A stretch of DNA of 64,000 nucleotides. Origin: Octopus vulgaris. Taxonomy: Eukaryota. The position numbers and the translations under genes were made by a program. A model generated the notes under the pieces. The model did not search any database, was not told the origin of the DNA, and saw only the letters and a list, made by a program, of their open reading frames with translations. Location: NCBI GenBank assembly GCA_951406725.2, contig OX597817.1, positions 8,432,001 through 8,496,000 on the forward strand, written 5' to 3'. Below, piece by piece: positions 25,851-39,807 of this stretch (position 1 is the first letter of the stretch; the number at the start of each line of letters is the position of its first letter).

Positions 25851-28800
25851 TATACCAATTTAAGTAAACAATATTAATGAAATGTCTTAAAGGACAGAAG
25901 TCAACAAATCTCTAAATTTTGTTGGACGTTTTGACAAAGGCTAAATGCCCTTATCTAAATCAGCTGTCAGTTAAAAGCTTTCGTGCCGATGCCGTGGAAC
26001 CAGTCGGTCACAAAGCATTAATCACTCAATATAACACCATTCTGCAACTACTTGATCTTTATTCAGTGCTATAAAGGATTAATGCACATGATAGATTCCG
26101 TTTGTCATGACCAGATCAGGCCAGATGAAAACTAGGACCTCTGAATGAGCCAAATTTCACGAGGCACGCCTTACGTTTTCAGTGTTGCTATCGATGCATG
26201 CAAAGGCAACCTACACTCATCTGCGCCACCTTTTAACAAGATACAATAGACGTATGTCCTCAGGAAACAAGGGAAAGGAAATTTAGGGTGTTCATTTTTT
26301 TCCCTATGACAATATTGGTATAAATAAAATAAAATAGTTTCAGTTGAAAATTGTAACCACATCACGATACAGAAACTGTATCTAGAAGATATATAGTTTT
26401 TTACTTCAGAATAAAGAATAACGATAATTCAGTCTATACGCTAACACACCACCAATCTCTATGGTAGGTGGTTAAGTTTTTACTTCATAAATTACGACTA
26501 TGAGTTGTCATATGAATCGGTTGTTATTTTTTGTATTTTTAGCCACAAGATCAGAGCTGATTCTAGCTTTGACCAAACCACTTTGTGTCTAATGTGTCTT
26601 TCTTTTTCTTTCTAACTTTAAGACGGTAATGTGTAATTTGAAGGAGGACTTGGAGTGGGGAGATTTTAATTCTAGAATGGCTTAGCGAACTCTTTGTATC
26701 TACTCCAATCACTTGTCATCATAAAACGTATTTAACACTTAAACGGAGGACATCAGGAATTGATGCTTCAAAAATTTTACATGAATACGGTCATCATCAA
26801 TGAAATTATGATCAATGATAAAGAAAATTTTATTGTACGTGACACTAATAATTATAGATTTTGTACTTATTTAAAGTGAAAATAAGTTTGAAAATTACCT
26901 TTAAGAAAAAGACACTTTTTTTTTGTTTTTGGCCCGCTTGGCATGCGCATTCATTCAATCTCTTCCTGCCGTTTAAAGGTTAAAGCAGATAATCCATTCA
27001 TGAAACTTTTTATAAGTAACAGCGTATTAAATGAATTCAAGCTAAGTAAAAATGATTGATTAATACAATATATTAATATAAATGCTCATTTGGTTCTCCT
27101 TTTTAACTCCAATACTTGCAACCAATGATGGAAATAAAGTGCAGATCAAACGGTCGTGACATAAAAGAATATCAAGGTGTAAAAAATTGTCATTTTAGAA
27201 TTATAAATGAAACTTTATTAATTAGAAGTTAATTAATTTCTAACAAACAAACAATCTCGAATATTGAGGAGAACTAACGTTGATCAAACTGACCTTAATA
27301 CTTGATTAGTGCTTCATTGTGATCAACTCCAAAAACATGAAAAGCAAAATCACCTCAGTGGAATTTGAGCTCAGATCATAACGGGACAGTAACTGCAAGA
27401 CATTTTGATCGACGCCTTAATAATAGTAATTTCTGACATAGTCACCAGGAGTCAATTTTGAAGGAAGGGTGTAGTCGATGAAATCAACCCCACCACTTAA
27501 TTGGTACTTGTTTTTGTCGATCCTGGAAGGATAAAGGGCAAATTGATCGCGAAGGAATTTGAACTCAGAATACCGAAACAGGCTCTAACGATTTATGCTA
27601 AACTATCATCAAACCTAGTAAGTTATTTAATTTAACATCCTAACCGCAAAAACATCTGGCCTATAAAAAGTGCTGTCTCATTCATTGGTTATTCTAACGT
27701 TACTACAATAGGCTCTATTCTTCTAGGTAAATGCCACCCCACTCCAGCTAGGTCAAATTGACACGCCTGTCTCTTCTCCTACTGGCGCCCTAGTAGCTAT
27801 ATCCTGCCTTTTAGGAAGCACTTCCCTTTATTCCTTTTCATCTCCGAAACTCAGTCTTTAAGAGTCTCCTTTCCTGATCAGATTTTCCCAGCATATGTTG
27901 ATTTCCAGATATTTAAAGCTGAATGAACATCATTCATATCAATGTCCCCAGTGTGGAAGAGACAATAACGGCCATGGTCATTATTTCTTCTGAGTACAAT
28001 AATTACAAACACAAGCAATCATGATGGAATGGTGGAAATGCTAGAACATTGGGTTAAATGTTTCTTAATTTCTTATACCTAGTGTTTTGTGTTTAAGATC
28101 TAACCAGGGTCGAATCTGACTTTCATTCACGCAGCGTCATTAAAATATTTAATGTTGTTTGTTTACACTCTAATATGAATTCCCATCAACCAGCCAATTG
28201 GGAAGCATCCACTTGGTTGTACAACCTGCTAGAAATAACAGCCAAATCTCCCTCAAATCAAGCGCATTGAATTATATATTCTTTAGTGTTGCATCTGAGT
28301 AAGAGACGGGTTGGTCACGTATGGAATGCTTTTGATTATATGTCGTTTCAAACAGGACTGACTTTGCATTTTTCTGTCGGAAATCAAAAAAAAAAAAAAA
28401 ATAGTACCAGTAATATATTGTGATCAATTCAACGGAGTTGTAGTATCAATTCAATGAATTGTATAAATATATTTCCTCGTGCTGCTGCAACACATGAACA
28501 TTATGAATAAATTTCAAATGAAAAGCTGATTGACATGGCTGTCATTTCAAGGAGAAATGCCACGTCAGTTAAATAATGAACATAATCAGCTTTAGATTTT
28601 TTCCTGCGATGTTGATAGATTTACTTGGAAGCCTAAATTAATTTCAAAGCTAGCAATGTAAACACGAAATTGTCCTTCTACAATTAATGGAAATAGAATA
28701 ATAGCAAATCGCTATTGCCTGCCGTATTGGATATGCTTTACAATAAATACTTAACACAATCCTTTGATAAATAGAAATGTATTATATGAAGACAGAATAA

Positions 28801-29332
28801 GAATCTTTCAACAAATTGACAACACAACGACAAAGTAATGCCACAGAAGTATCGTCTCTCCGTTAAATAAGATTAACTCTTATTGAAAAAGTCATGACGT
28901 AGTTTCTTCATTTAGTATTCAGACGTTGGCAGATTATTTGACTTGCGTCGATTGGACTTCTATACAGAGTTGTTGCAATACAACGTGATGTGATTGTGCA
29001 AAATGGCAACAGAATACCAAGAATTACTTTGGTTTATATGATATAATATTCATATATATGGGAAGTTGAATGAGTCACAGTCGCTAGCTTGTCATATTAA
29101 AAAATGCTTTTACACTTTGCTGCATTTGTTGTTTAGATCCCAAAATGTTCCAGTCATGAAAAGCAAAATTCTGTTGCTTTTCTTCAGTCATAATATCCAA
29201 TTGTGTGTGTGATTTTAAAGAAGGCAGAGTGTGTTTCGGGTTTGAGTTGTCATCGATGTAAAGCAGGTTGAGCAATCACGTAGAAATTCTGTCATTCAAT
29301 TTCAGACTACGGCACCTTTGATATTAAATATA

Positions 29333-29565
29333 TATTTCTTTACTACCCACAAGGGGCTAAATACAGAGGGGACAAACAAGGACAGACAAAGGGATTAAGT
29401 CGATTACATCGACCCCAGTGCGTAACTGGTACTTAATTTATCGACCCCGAAAGGATGAAAGGCAAAGTCGACCTCGGCGGAATTTGAACTCGGAATGTAA
29501 CGACAGACGAAATACGGCTACGAATTTCACCCGGCGTGCTAACGTTTCTGCCAGCTCACCGCCTT
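29333..29565 (-). mobile_element. SINE family B monomer
   Basis: Reverse complement of the 19929 unit. Confidence 0.88.
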
Positions 29566-29619
29566 GATATTAAATATAGAACTCTATAAGCGAAATGTTA
29601 TGAATTCTCAGAAATAAAA

Positions 29620-30480
29620 TCGGTGGGCGGACAGAATCGTTAGCATACCGGGTATCAACGTCCGCATATACGTTCTGAATTCAAATTCCGCCGAGGTTGA
29701 CTTTACCTATCATCCTTTCGGGGTCGATAAATTAAGTACCAGTTGAACACTGGGGTCGATGTAATCAACTATCCGCCTTGTGCTTTTAGTAGAAAGGATT
29801 ATTAATTTTCAGAAATTAAAGCGGCGGGCTGACAGAGTCGTAAAATGCTTAACAGTATTACGTCCGTCTGTATGTTCTGTGTGTTCAAACGCCGCCGAGA
29901 TCGACTTTACCTTCAATCCTTTCGGGGTCGATGAAATAAGTACCAGTCAAGTACTGTGTTCGATGTAATCGACTAACCCCCTTCCCCCAAAATTTCAGTT
30001 GTGCCTGTAGTAGAGAGGATTGTTAACTCTCATAGAGGCGGTGAGCTGGCAGAATTGTTAGCCCGCAGGACAAAATGCTTAGCAGCATTTTTCCGATTCT
30101 TTACTCTTTGAGTTCAAACACCGCCGAGGTCAATTTTATTTTCCCCCTTTTCGCGGTCGGTAGAATAAAGCACCAGTTAAGAAATCGGAGTCGATATTTA
30201 TGGACTTACCTCCTCCCTAAAGGTTGCTGGCTTTGTCTCAAATTTTGAGGCCATTATTAGCTCCCAGAAAGTCGGTCAGCTGACAAAATCGTTTCAACAT
30301 TTCTCCCATTTCCTTACGTTCTGCGTTCAAAACCATCCGTGGTCAATTTTGCCTTTCATCTTTTGAAGTTGATTAAATACGATATCTGTCAAGTAGTTCA
30401 ATTAATTCCCTCATCCGAATTCCAAGGTCAATAAAATAAAGTACCAACCAAGTATTAGGGTAGATGGTGTCCACTAAGCC
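29620..30480 (+). mobile_element. Cluster of ~4 older, diverged family B SINEs in tandem orientation
   Basis: Recurrent ggcRRgctgRcagaatcg...ttcaaa...tttcatcc...gtcgat motifs about 200 bp apart. Confidence 0.7.
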
Positions 30481-32073
30481 CCTCTTCTCACATCTGCTGT
30501 CCTTTTCTTTGAATCACAAATAGTTAATAAATCTCATTTGTGCTCTTCATATTATTCCTAAAAGGGAAATCTGTGTTAAATATTAATACGTTTATCATTC
30601 AACTGTCCTTGAGGTCTTTATATGGCAGAATCTATGGAGTATTTGAATAATTCGTTTGGTGTATTTAGCTACATCCTCTTGAATTTCTAGTTCAAATTAT
30701 GCTTCGAGGATTAAGTGGATACATTAGAGAGTCGGACAAAATGTGTGCAGTAATTGGTAACGATCCTTTATTTTCAGATTCCAAATCCCAGAGACGTCAC
30801 CTTTGCCTTTTTTTTCTTCGGTGGACAATACAATAAAATACCAGTCATGAATTGGAAGTCATTTACTACTATTATAAAGCATACTAGGTGAAAACTGAAT
30901 AATAACCGAAGAGGAAGACGAGAATTTTGTCATTTAAAGTTCTGGAAACAATACAATAAGCACCAGCCAAGTATTGGGATAGATTTAATCGATTGTTAAT
31001 TGCTATTAAAAGGCAGCAAATTGGCTGAGTCGAATAAAATACCTTGCATATTTGTTCTTGCTCTCTGCGTTTTAAGTTCGAACGAATCTTGCCGAAGTTA
31101 ACTTTGCCTTTCGATAAACAAAGTACTACTTAAGTTCTTGAATAGATTCACTCTCTCCTTATCTGTACATCTATTCATCTATCCATCTGAATCGGTACAT
31201 TTTTCAGAATATGTAATTTGAGAGGGCCGGAAGCTCCTCTTGGGAAACCACCTAAGAAATCTTCTCAGGAATGAAGTCAGCTACACCTGCAAACCGCACG
31301 TAGAAACATCTACCTGACTCTCTAACTACTTATTACATTACACAGCATGGATGGACAGCTTCAAGGCAACCGCAACATTTTTAGATGATGCTTTGAGTCA
31401 TTAGACAAATTTTACAAGGAAAAAAGAAAAGAAAAAAGACAAAAAGGAAGAGTTATCAACACGGCTTTTGTTTACCTTTATCTAAAACCTCATAACATCG
31501 GCGACAAAACCTTTACCTCAGACGATTGCGTTTCCTAAGTTTTTGTAATTCTATAACGGCTATATGGGTAATGCAATAGCTTAATTATCCCCAGAATTGA
31601 TGGTAAGATAGCAGACGCGATAGGAAGCCACACAAAGCACCTTAGACTAATTACTTACGCTTCAAAACTGTTTTCCTTCTCTAAGCTTACCTCCATTCTA
31701 CACGATCCACACGCTGAGTGAAATATAAATACGTAATCGATTGAGCCGTTAACACTCGTGAATTGCTTTTGAAATGATATTTATATATAAAGATATTACA
31801 TAGTTGCTGTGATATGTTGCTGCTGCCGTTTCCTCAATGTGCGGTTCTCTGATAACTAATCTAATCTATGGTAAACATATCAATCACTTCCGTTATTAGT
31901 CATTTTCTATTATTAATCTTATTACATTGGCAGTTTTACATGTAAGCATATTATTCGCACGTACACATAAACACACGCGCATACATACGTACACACATAC
32001 GTATGTATAGATATGCATTTATGCGTAAGTAAGCATGTGAATATGCATGTATATGTCTACATACATATGTGCC

Positions 32074-32107
<34 letters not shown>

Positions 32108-32212
32108 TATACACATATGTGCGTACATGTTTACATATAGATGCACATACCTATGTTTAAAAATATTATTATGAGTATGTATGCATCTACATTTGTATGT
32201 AACCATGTATGT

Positions 32213-32272
<60 letters not shown>

Positions 32273-32802
32273 AAGGGTTATAAGCAAACAAGTTGCTTAA
32301 ACCACATACCGAAAATATTAGAAATAGCAGCCAAATAGGTTACCATTACTATTACTACAAAAATAAGTCTCCACAAACAACAGTATTTGCAACTCGTATA
32401 TGGTAAAAAGAAGGAAGATAACGAAATCACACATTCTACTTTGGATCAACATGATATATATAATTTTTACCGAATGTGGTCCTTTCCATACCGAAAAACT
32501 ACTAGGTGAAATTTATTAATTTTATTAAATTTATTATATTTCACCCTTTATATGTATATATATATATATATATATCTTTATCTTTTATAAAACTTTTAAT
32601 ACTTTTGATATATATTTAAAATAATATAAATTAATTAATTTTATGTATTGGCTTATGTTTTTCATTGTTTGATTTGCCTAATAGTGGTTTTTATCTCTAA
32701 TTTAATATAATATAATATAATATATTTATACTATAAAATTGGATTTAATCCTAAATCTGATTTTTCCCTGTAAGTTTGGATTTATTCCCTAATATTTTAT
32801 TA

Positions 32803-32850
<48 letters not shown>

Positions 32851-32900
32851 GAGATAAAAAACCATGACTGAGTAGATTTTAGAACATTTATAGATAGAAG

Positions 32901-32948
32901 GTCTTACAGCTGTTTCCAGGATATTTATTATATTCCTTCATCGGAGAC
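32901..32948 (-). ncRNA. Minimal type I hammerhead motif with U4C core change
   Basis: Minus strand reads gtct-CCGATGA-aggaatataataaatatcctg-GAAA-cagctg-TA-agac. Palindromic stem III CAGCTG; adjacent to (TA)n. Confidence 0.6.
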
Positions 32949-33180
32949 GGTGTGAGAGAATATATACACACGCTGACATGTGACCAACGATGAACCCCTT
33001 ATTCGCAAAATTACCGAACTAGGAACCTAACTATGGTCTATCTCTAGCACTTATTCAGCATTACCTGATACCTTTGAGTCTCAATGACACCATTACCTCT
33101 CATAACCTCTCTCTCTATTTATATATATGTATGTATGTATATATATATATGTGTATGTGTGTGTGTGTGTGTGTGTGTGT

Positions 33181-33475
33181 ATGGTTTAGTAGTTTGAGTA
33201 TTCGGCTCAAGCTCGTCACATCGTGAGTTCGATACTCAATGTTGTGTGGTGTCCTTGAGCAAGACATTTAATTTTACGCTGCTCCAGTCTACTCAGGTGG
33301 CAAAAATGACTTGTACCTGTACTTCAAAGGCCTTGTCAGATTTTGGGTTACGCTGATTCTACTTTAAGGATACGAATGTCTGTGGAATGCTTAGCCACTT
33401 ACACGTTAATTTCACGTGCAGGCTGTTCTGTTGATCGTGTCAGCTGGAACCCCCATCGTCGTAACCGACAGTGCC
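33181..33475 (+). mobile_element. SINE family D (tRNA head, CORE-like body, tail shared with family C), diverged
   Basis: gtccttgagcaagaca body; tail ...cacgttaatttcacg...cgtcgtaaccgac. Confidence 0.75.
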
Positions 33476-33564
33476 AGTTGACGCACATACCCATCAACTT
33501 ACCTACCTATTTCCATACATACATACATTCATGTATATATGTATATGGCTGTGTGTATATATAT

Positions 33565-33968
33565 GTTTTTTATCTTTTATCTTTAGTTTCAACCATTAGA
33601 CTACGGCCAAGCTGGGGCACGGCCTTGAAGAATTTTAGTCGAATGTATCGACTTCAGTACTTATTTCTTTTGCAAAGCCTGATACTTATTCTATCGTGTT
33701 CCTTTACCGAAACATTAAATTACGGGGACGTAAACACGCCAACACCAGATGCCAAGCGATGGTGCAGGACAAAGATACACATACACACATACAAACATAC
33801 ACACACAGATATATATGTGTGTGTGTGTATACATGAGGCTCCCTTCAGTTTCCATCTACCAGATTCACTCACAAGGCTTTGGTCACCCCGAAACACTTGC
33901 CCAAGGTGCCACGCCGTGGGACTGAACCCCGAACCAGGGGGCTAGGAAGCAAGCTTCTTACCACACAG
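33565..33968 (-). mobile_element. SINE family A
   Basis: Reverse-complement match to 16500-16892. Confidence 0.8.
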
Positions 33969-34681
33969 TAGCTGAGAGAGGATCCGGGAATTTATTATAC
34001 AATCTATATTATATAATTATATAATCGATGTGATTGTATCATTACTCTCTTACATGTCTTCGCGCATGTTATAATGATTTGTCACCCATACGTTGTTGAC
34101 ACAAATGTAAACCGTGGTATAAATGGAATTCTAACAAATCAATTCTTCATTGAGTATCGGTCCCACATCGGGATGGTTCTGTTGCTACGCACTCTGACAT
34201 CCTCGAAGCTATCAGAAACACGTTATTCAGTAACACCCTGCAGTCTCTAGACCGACAGAGGTGCTGCCTTTTCCCCGTGCTTTTCCTATTGCAATTAGAA
34301 TGGCCTCTGTTAGCTGACCCATGCCTCCTCCACTTAGGCTCTCTGGTTTCGCTCACCTTTTCTTTTCTGATTATCCACATTGTGAATAATGTCTTGCATC
34401 ATCCCTAGAACTGTGCCTCTTTCTTTCTTTCTTTCCGTAACATTAATCCACTGGTATTTCCTTCCATGTGGATGCCTTTCCTGCAAACGTAGATATGTAA
34501 CTGTTAAAGCGAAGTGTTAAAATCAACCTCACCAGTCTCCGAAGGCCTGTGAAGACCAGGCCAGGGCACAAACCTTTCCTTCAAACTAAACTGATAAAAC
34601 TAAAAGCACATGACAAATGTCATCTGCTTTTTATGGTGACATTTGTCATGTTTGTTCCTCTGTAGCATTAGAAGTGAATAT

Positions 34682-35070
34682 GTGGAAGCACTCCGTCGGT
34701 TACGACGACGAGGGTTCCGGTTGATCTGAATCAACGGAACAGCCTGCTCGTGAAATTAACGTGTAAGTGGCTGAGCACTCCACAGACACGTGTACCCTTA
34801 ACGTAGTTCTCGGGGATATTCAGCATGACACAGAGAGTGACAAGGCCGGCCCTTTGAAATACAGGTACAACAGAAACAGGAAGTAAGAGTGAGAGAAAGT
34901 TGTGGTGAAAGAGTACAGCAGGGATCGCCACCATCCTCTGCCGGAGCCTCGTGGAGCTTTTAGGTGTTTTCGCTCAATAAACACTCACAACGCCCGGTCT
35001 GGGAATCGAAACCGCGATCCTTATGACCGCGAGTCCGCTGCCCTAACCACTGGGCCATTGCGCCTCCACT
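34682..35070 (-). mobile_element. SINE family C, 11-bp TSD
   Basis: Full-length; TSD gaagtgaatat at 34671-34681 and 35071-35081. Confidence 0.9.
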
Positions 35071-35694
35071 GAAGTGAATATACCTTTTAGCTCAAAACTG
35101 CTAAACCACATTTAGATGTTCTGAATGTTTGTAACAGAATATGCATTGCTAAATGCACCTATTTTCCAAATAGTTTGCGTTGAAATGGATGACAGATTAA
35201 ATCTACCACCCAAAAACACGGTTGGCTTCCTGTCTGCAAAATTCACTGATAGAGCTTTGTCGAATTCAGCTATGGTAAAACATACTTCACCGAAGTGCTG
35301 CACAACGGGATAGAATATGAAATATGGTTGTTATGAAGCGAATTTCTTAACTACGTTATATAAAACCTTATCATAATTTTGTTTACAATTCCATTGAGAC
35401 TTATTTTTCTTAAGTGTGGCAGCATGTAAAGCAAGATAAGCGATCTTTGATGATTCTTTTATGAAACTAGTCGCTTTGAACATTATTTCTACTTATCATT
35501 GTGGTTAATCACCCCCTTCCATTTTATCAATGAAACACATGTTATTGAACATAATGCATATGAATTCTGTATAGATATATACAACCACGTGGCATTGGTA
35601 TTCATAATTAGAACTGGTTTTTCTTGTATTGTGTGTACTTTTGCAGAATTAATATACATTATGTTTAATAAACATATATATATATATACATGTG

Positions 35695-36013
35695 AGGGCG
35701 CGTGGCTTAGTGGTCAGGGCATTCGGCTCATGATCGTAAGGTTGTGAGTTCGATTCCCGGCGACGCGTTGTGTCCTTGAGCAAGACACTTTATTTCACGT
35801 TGCTCCAGTCCACTCAGCTGGCAAAAATGAGTTGTACTTGTATTTCAAAGGGTCAGCCTTGTCACTCTCTGTGTCACGCTGATTATCCCCGAGAACTACG
35901 TTAAGGGTACACGTGTCTGTGGAATACTCAGCCATTTGCACGTTAATTTCATGAGCAAGCTGTTCCGTTGATCGTATCAGCTGGGACCCTCGTCGTCGTA
36001 ACCGGCGGAGTCT
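35695..36013 (+). mobile_element. SINE family D
   Basis: A box tggcttagtgg, B box gttcgattcc, body tgtgtccttgagcaagacacttta, tail nearly identical to family C. Confidence 0.85.
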
Positions 36014-36249
36014 TTTGATATATACATATATATATATATAAAGAGAGAGAGAGAGAGAGGGGGAGAGGGAGAGTAGAAATATAAAAATATATGAAAGGTG
36101 CAAAAATACTGGAGATTCAGTATACAACACGTGGCAAAATTATGAGTTGAAGATATGTGGAAAACATATATAAAAAGTGGAAGAGAAATGCATTCGTTTC
36201 AAATAGTTTAATATCTATTTAGAAAGAAATTTTTTTAAATATATACATA

Positions 36250-37277
36250 TTTTATGGATGCAGTGATATCCATCCGGTTTTCGCTATTTAAATTAGCTTT
36301 TCAAGGGGCATTTTGAAGTAATCAATTCTTGTGACAAAGGGGTCTTGCCATTTTGGATTCTTGAAAAATAAGAATGAAACTAGAGAGTGGACTAAGGGAG
36401 GCAACAGGTGGCGGGGGGGGGGGGGGCAACTAACCCTGAGTATAATTTTTGAAGTGGTCAAGTTTGTATATTAAGGTATGGTCTATCCTTTTGTATTTAC
36501 AGGTTTTTCTTGTTTAGGCGTTCTTGTAAGGAGATTGAATCTTTGCATTGGTATAATGGAAAAATATGGAAATTCGGCGTTTTATTCCTCGCGCATCTGT
36601 CGATATGTTCGCTCAGGGTTATCTGCCTGTATAGAGGAAAACGAATCTGTTCTTTATGCAGCGTTTGGCCCACATAATTGTGGCCTCAACCTGAGCAGGT
36701 TAGGACAGAGATAAGGTTCTGAGAAACACACGTGAATTTGGTCTTAATTGAGAATTCTTCTCCTTGCTGGAATGTGAATTCTGAGCCTTCAGTTAAGTAT
36801 GGGCATGTACCCCAATTAGGTCGTCTGCATTTTTTAATTGTTGGTATCGTATGTATTGAGTATAGTTTTGAATTTGTTCGGAGTCTCTTGAACGATTTGT
36901 GTTGTCTTTTGCATTTGAGGAGTTTATGCCTATTTACGATGTTGTTCTTTTTCGGGTCTTGAGTGAGCAGAGGGAGATTTTGCATAATTATGTTGTATGC
37001 TTCATTGTTTCTGGAGTTGTGGGTTGATACGTATGGGAGTGATTTAAAGTGAGGTGTGGTGTTTTGTCTTGTTGTCCTTAGTGTGTTTGTGTCCAATTTC
37101 TTGGCACGTTCAATTTCATGGTCTATAAGTGTGGGTGGGTATTGACGTTCAATGAGTATTATTTTGAGGTCTTATAGGGAAAGTTCCCGAGTGGTTGTGT
37201 TAGATACAATTGTACAGATTCTTTTAGCTAGATTGTACGGGATAGTTATTTTTGGTGTGATTAGGATGAACTGAAAA

Positions 37278-37278
<1 letters not shown>
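36250..37278 (-). pseudogene. Penelope-like element remnant (RT thumb, linker, GIY-YIG endonuclease, 3' end)
   Basis: Minus-strand translation gives IPYNLAKRICTIVS, LPYVSTHN, KKCRRPNWGTCPY and FTCVSQNLISVLTCSG (Zn-knuckle linker and GIY-like segment). Contains stops and frameshifts; 5'-truncated at a (TA)n tract. Confidence 0.82.
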
Positions 37279-37324
<46 letters not shown>

Positions 37325-37387
37325 CATATATATATATATACATACATACATACATACATACATACATACATACATACATACACACAT

Positions 37388-37462
<75 letters not shown>

Positions 37463-37464
37463 CA

Positions 37465-38278
37465 TACGTGGTCTGATCAAGAACGAAGCTAAAGCACGCA
37501 AATTAAAGCCGTTTGGCACAGATTGATCTTGAACTCGGTTGTGCATGCGCACTAGGTTTTAACGTTCTAATTCACTTCCGCTGGTTACAGCAGTGCTTAC
37601 AAGGAACGTGTGTGGCGTATGATCGTCGTATTGACCAAGAATCTGCATCAAATTTTGCCTAAAGATTTGTGATACCTGCTCAGAGGCCTACACAAACTTG
37701 CAGAAAGTGTATGGAGAGGAGTACATGAGCCGAAAAGATATCGATCGTGACAAACATTCCGGGTGCCTCACAACCAACACAACTGAGAAAAACATCACAA
37801 ATGTGCGTGCAGTTGTGATAGGAAATCGGCGAATCACTATCCAGAATTATCAGAGGATGTGCAGATTAGTTACGGTTCAGTTCAGTCCATTATTACAGAA
37901 GTTTTGGGTATGAAACGCGTGTCTACCAAGTTTGTGCCAAACTGCTTTCAGCTGACAACACAACTGCCCATTCAGCGCAGATTTTGCAGCAGTGTTTGGC
38001 TAGGCACAGCATTCCCCATGTCTGACAGCTTCTGTATTCCCCAGATCTCGCCCCTCGTGACTTTTTCTTCTTTCCAAAAATCAAATCTCGCTCGAAAGGA
38101 AGAAGAATTCAGGACGTCGAGTGAATGCGACGAGACAGCTGCTGATTATCCCAGAAAGCGAGTTCCATGTGTGGCTTCCGAAGGGGACTAATTTGAAAGA
38201 GACTGAATGTCAAATAGACATGTTTTGTAGTTTTGTTTTTATAGCATCTATCCCGATACTTATTGATCACACCTCGCA
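37465..38278 (+). mobile_element. Internally deleted mariner element
   Basis: TIR remnants tacgtggtctgatcaa / ttgatcacacctcgca. Decayed transposase pieces RICIKFC, QKVYGEEYMS, RVSTKFVP and YSPDLAPRDFFFFPKIK. Confidence 0.85.
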
Positions 38279-38292
38279 TAATATATATATAT

Positions 38293-38591
38293 AAAGTCCC
38301 CCTTCGGTCATGAACGACCATGCGATTGCAACTAGAAAGTTACTCTCCAAGGCACAAGTCCGGGAAAGGTTGTTTAAGGAAAACCAGTAGTCACCCATAC
38401 ATACCAGCCTCCCCTCTCCACGCCTCTGATGTTATCTAAGGGAAAGGCAGAGGCCGATACAGCTGAGTGAACTGGCGCAACGAGAAATAAAGTGTCTTGC
38501 TCAAGAACACAACACACTGCCCGGTCCTGGAATCGAACTCACTACTTCATGATTGTGAATCCGACACTCAAACCTTAGATTCAGCGCCTGC
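38293..38591 (-). mobile_element. SINE with tRNA head, CORE-like body and a different (possibly RTE-derived) tail
   Basis: Minus strand has gagttcgattcc B box and tgtgttcttgagcaagacacttta body as in family D, with an unrelated 3' half. Confidence 0.6.
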
Positions 38592-39467
38592 AGATAATAA
38601 ATCGGATTTTAATATAAATCTTTTACTTTATGAGGCAGCTGGAACGAGTGTACACAAAGGTCATATGTACTCTAATTCAGTTATAAGCTGTTGGCTTTTA
38701 GAATTGTACACTCTGATCTAAGTACTAGGAGTTGTCCCTGACATGTGTTCAGTATTATATACATCCATCGTTCTACGTCTTAGATTGATATATTCCATAT
38801 TCTATGCACAACAGACATTTTGTTTCGTTCTTAAGTAGCAAGTCGCGATGTCGTCTGCAGTGTCTCGGTTTGTCTGGCGTCAAGCAATTATTTACTAGAC
38901 CAACAGAGAATGCTAACGGCAATAGACTGGAATCATGTTCAGGGAGAAACCGTTCATCAACTCGCTTTACGTCATGAAACTGTTGCTATGCAACAAACAG
39001 TTCTCCAATTCTCTCATAAGGCGTAGTTGACATTTGCAATCAGCTACTTTCTTCTATCATATATGGACATTTATCTTGGCCGAATTCCATCTCCTTATTT
39101 TGAGTGAATGTAAAAGTAGAAGTAATTAGACCAAATTGATTCTAAATATCAAAAATGTTATTAATACCAATGCTCGAGTCTATTAACTATGGAGTTATTA
39201 ACTGCAGTTTTACATGCAGTACTTTCATGTTTAGCCAAATATATTTCCTTTAATACTTGTTAATGCTTCTTAGCATAAAGGATACTCTCTCGAATAAGCA
39301 ATACAAAATGCAAGTTATTCATTTACGTGCTGATATTCACACACACGCACACACATACATACACACATTAAGAATGTTTCGTGTTCTGTATTCGTAGTGG
39401 CATTTCACCATGCGTTCAATAATCAATATTGCTTTCCTCATATAGTATTTTGCGTTTGGAATGAGTT

Positions 39468-39515
39468 CTCATCGCTGATGATGGGTTACTACTCAGAAAC
39501 CCGGGTCTGTGTGTA
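39468..39515 (+). ncRNA. Minimal type I hammerhead ribozyme (copy 1, 5' strand of stem I damaged by deletion)
   Basis: CTGATGA(39475-39481)-tgggt-tact-actca-GAAA-cccggg-TC(39507). Confidence 0.75.
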
Positions 39516-39807
39516 TCACGTAGGGCTAGAGATGGGAACGATGATTTCCCTTCGCAAATACTAATCAGACACTGACAGTGTGTCGTTAGACAGCTGGAGG
39601 AGATGTCTTCTTGGGGGGGGTCTATAAACAACAGTAGCATCGTCCCCTATGGGTCCGCCACATTTAGGTAGCAAATATACTTCAAGATTCCGTGCTGCTA
39701 CTGTTTACTTCTCGCTCAGAGATTTATTATTGTTTTTTTTCTCCCTTTTCGAGATCAGCGTCAGTTTGTCACTGGAACAAGCATAGAGTATTTTGCGTTT
39801 GTTATGA

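Noticed and set aside
34147-34620. Higher-GC segment with a 77-aa minus-strand ORF
   Set aside because: No recognisable motif; possibly an old retroelement remnant but not assignable.
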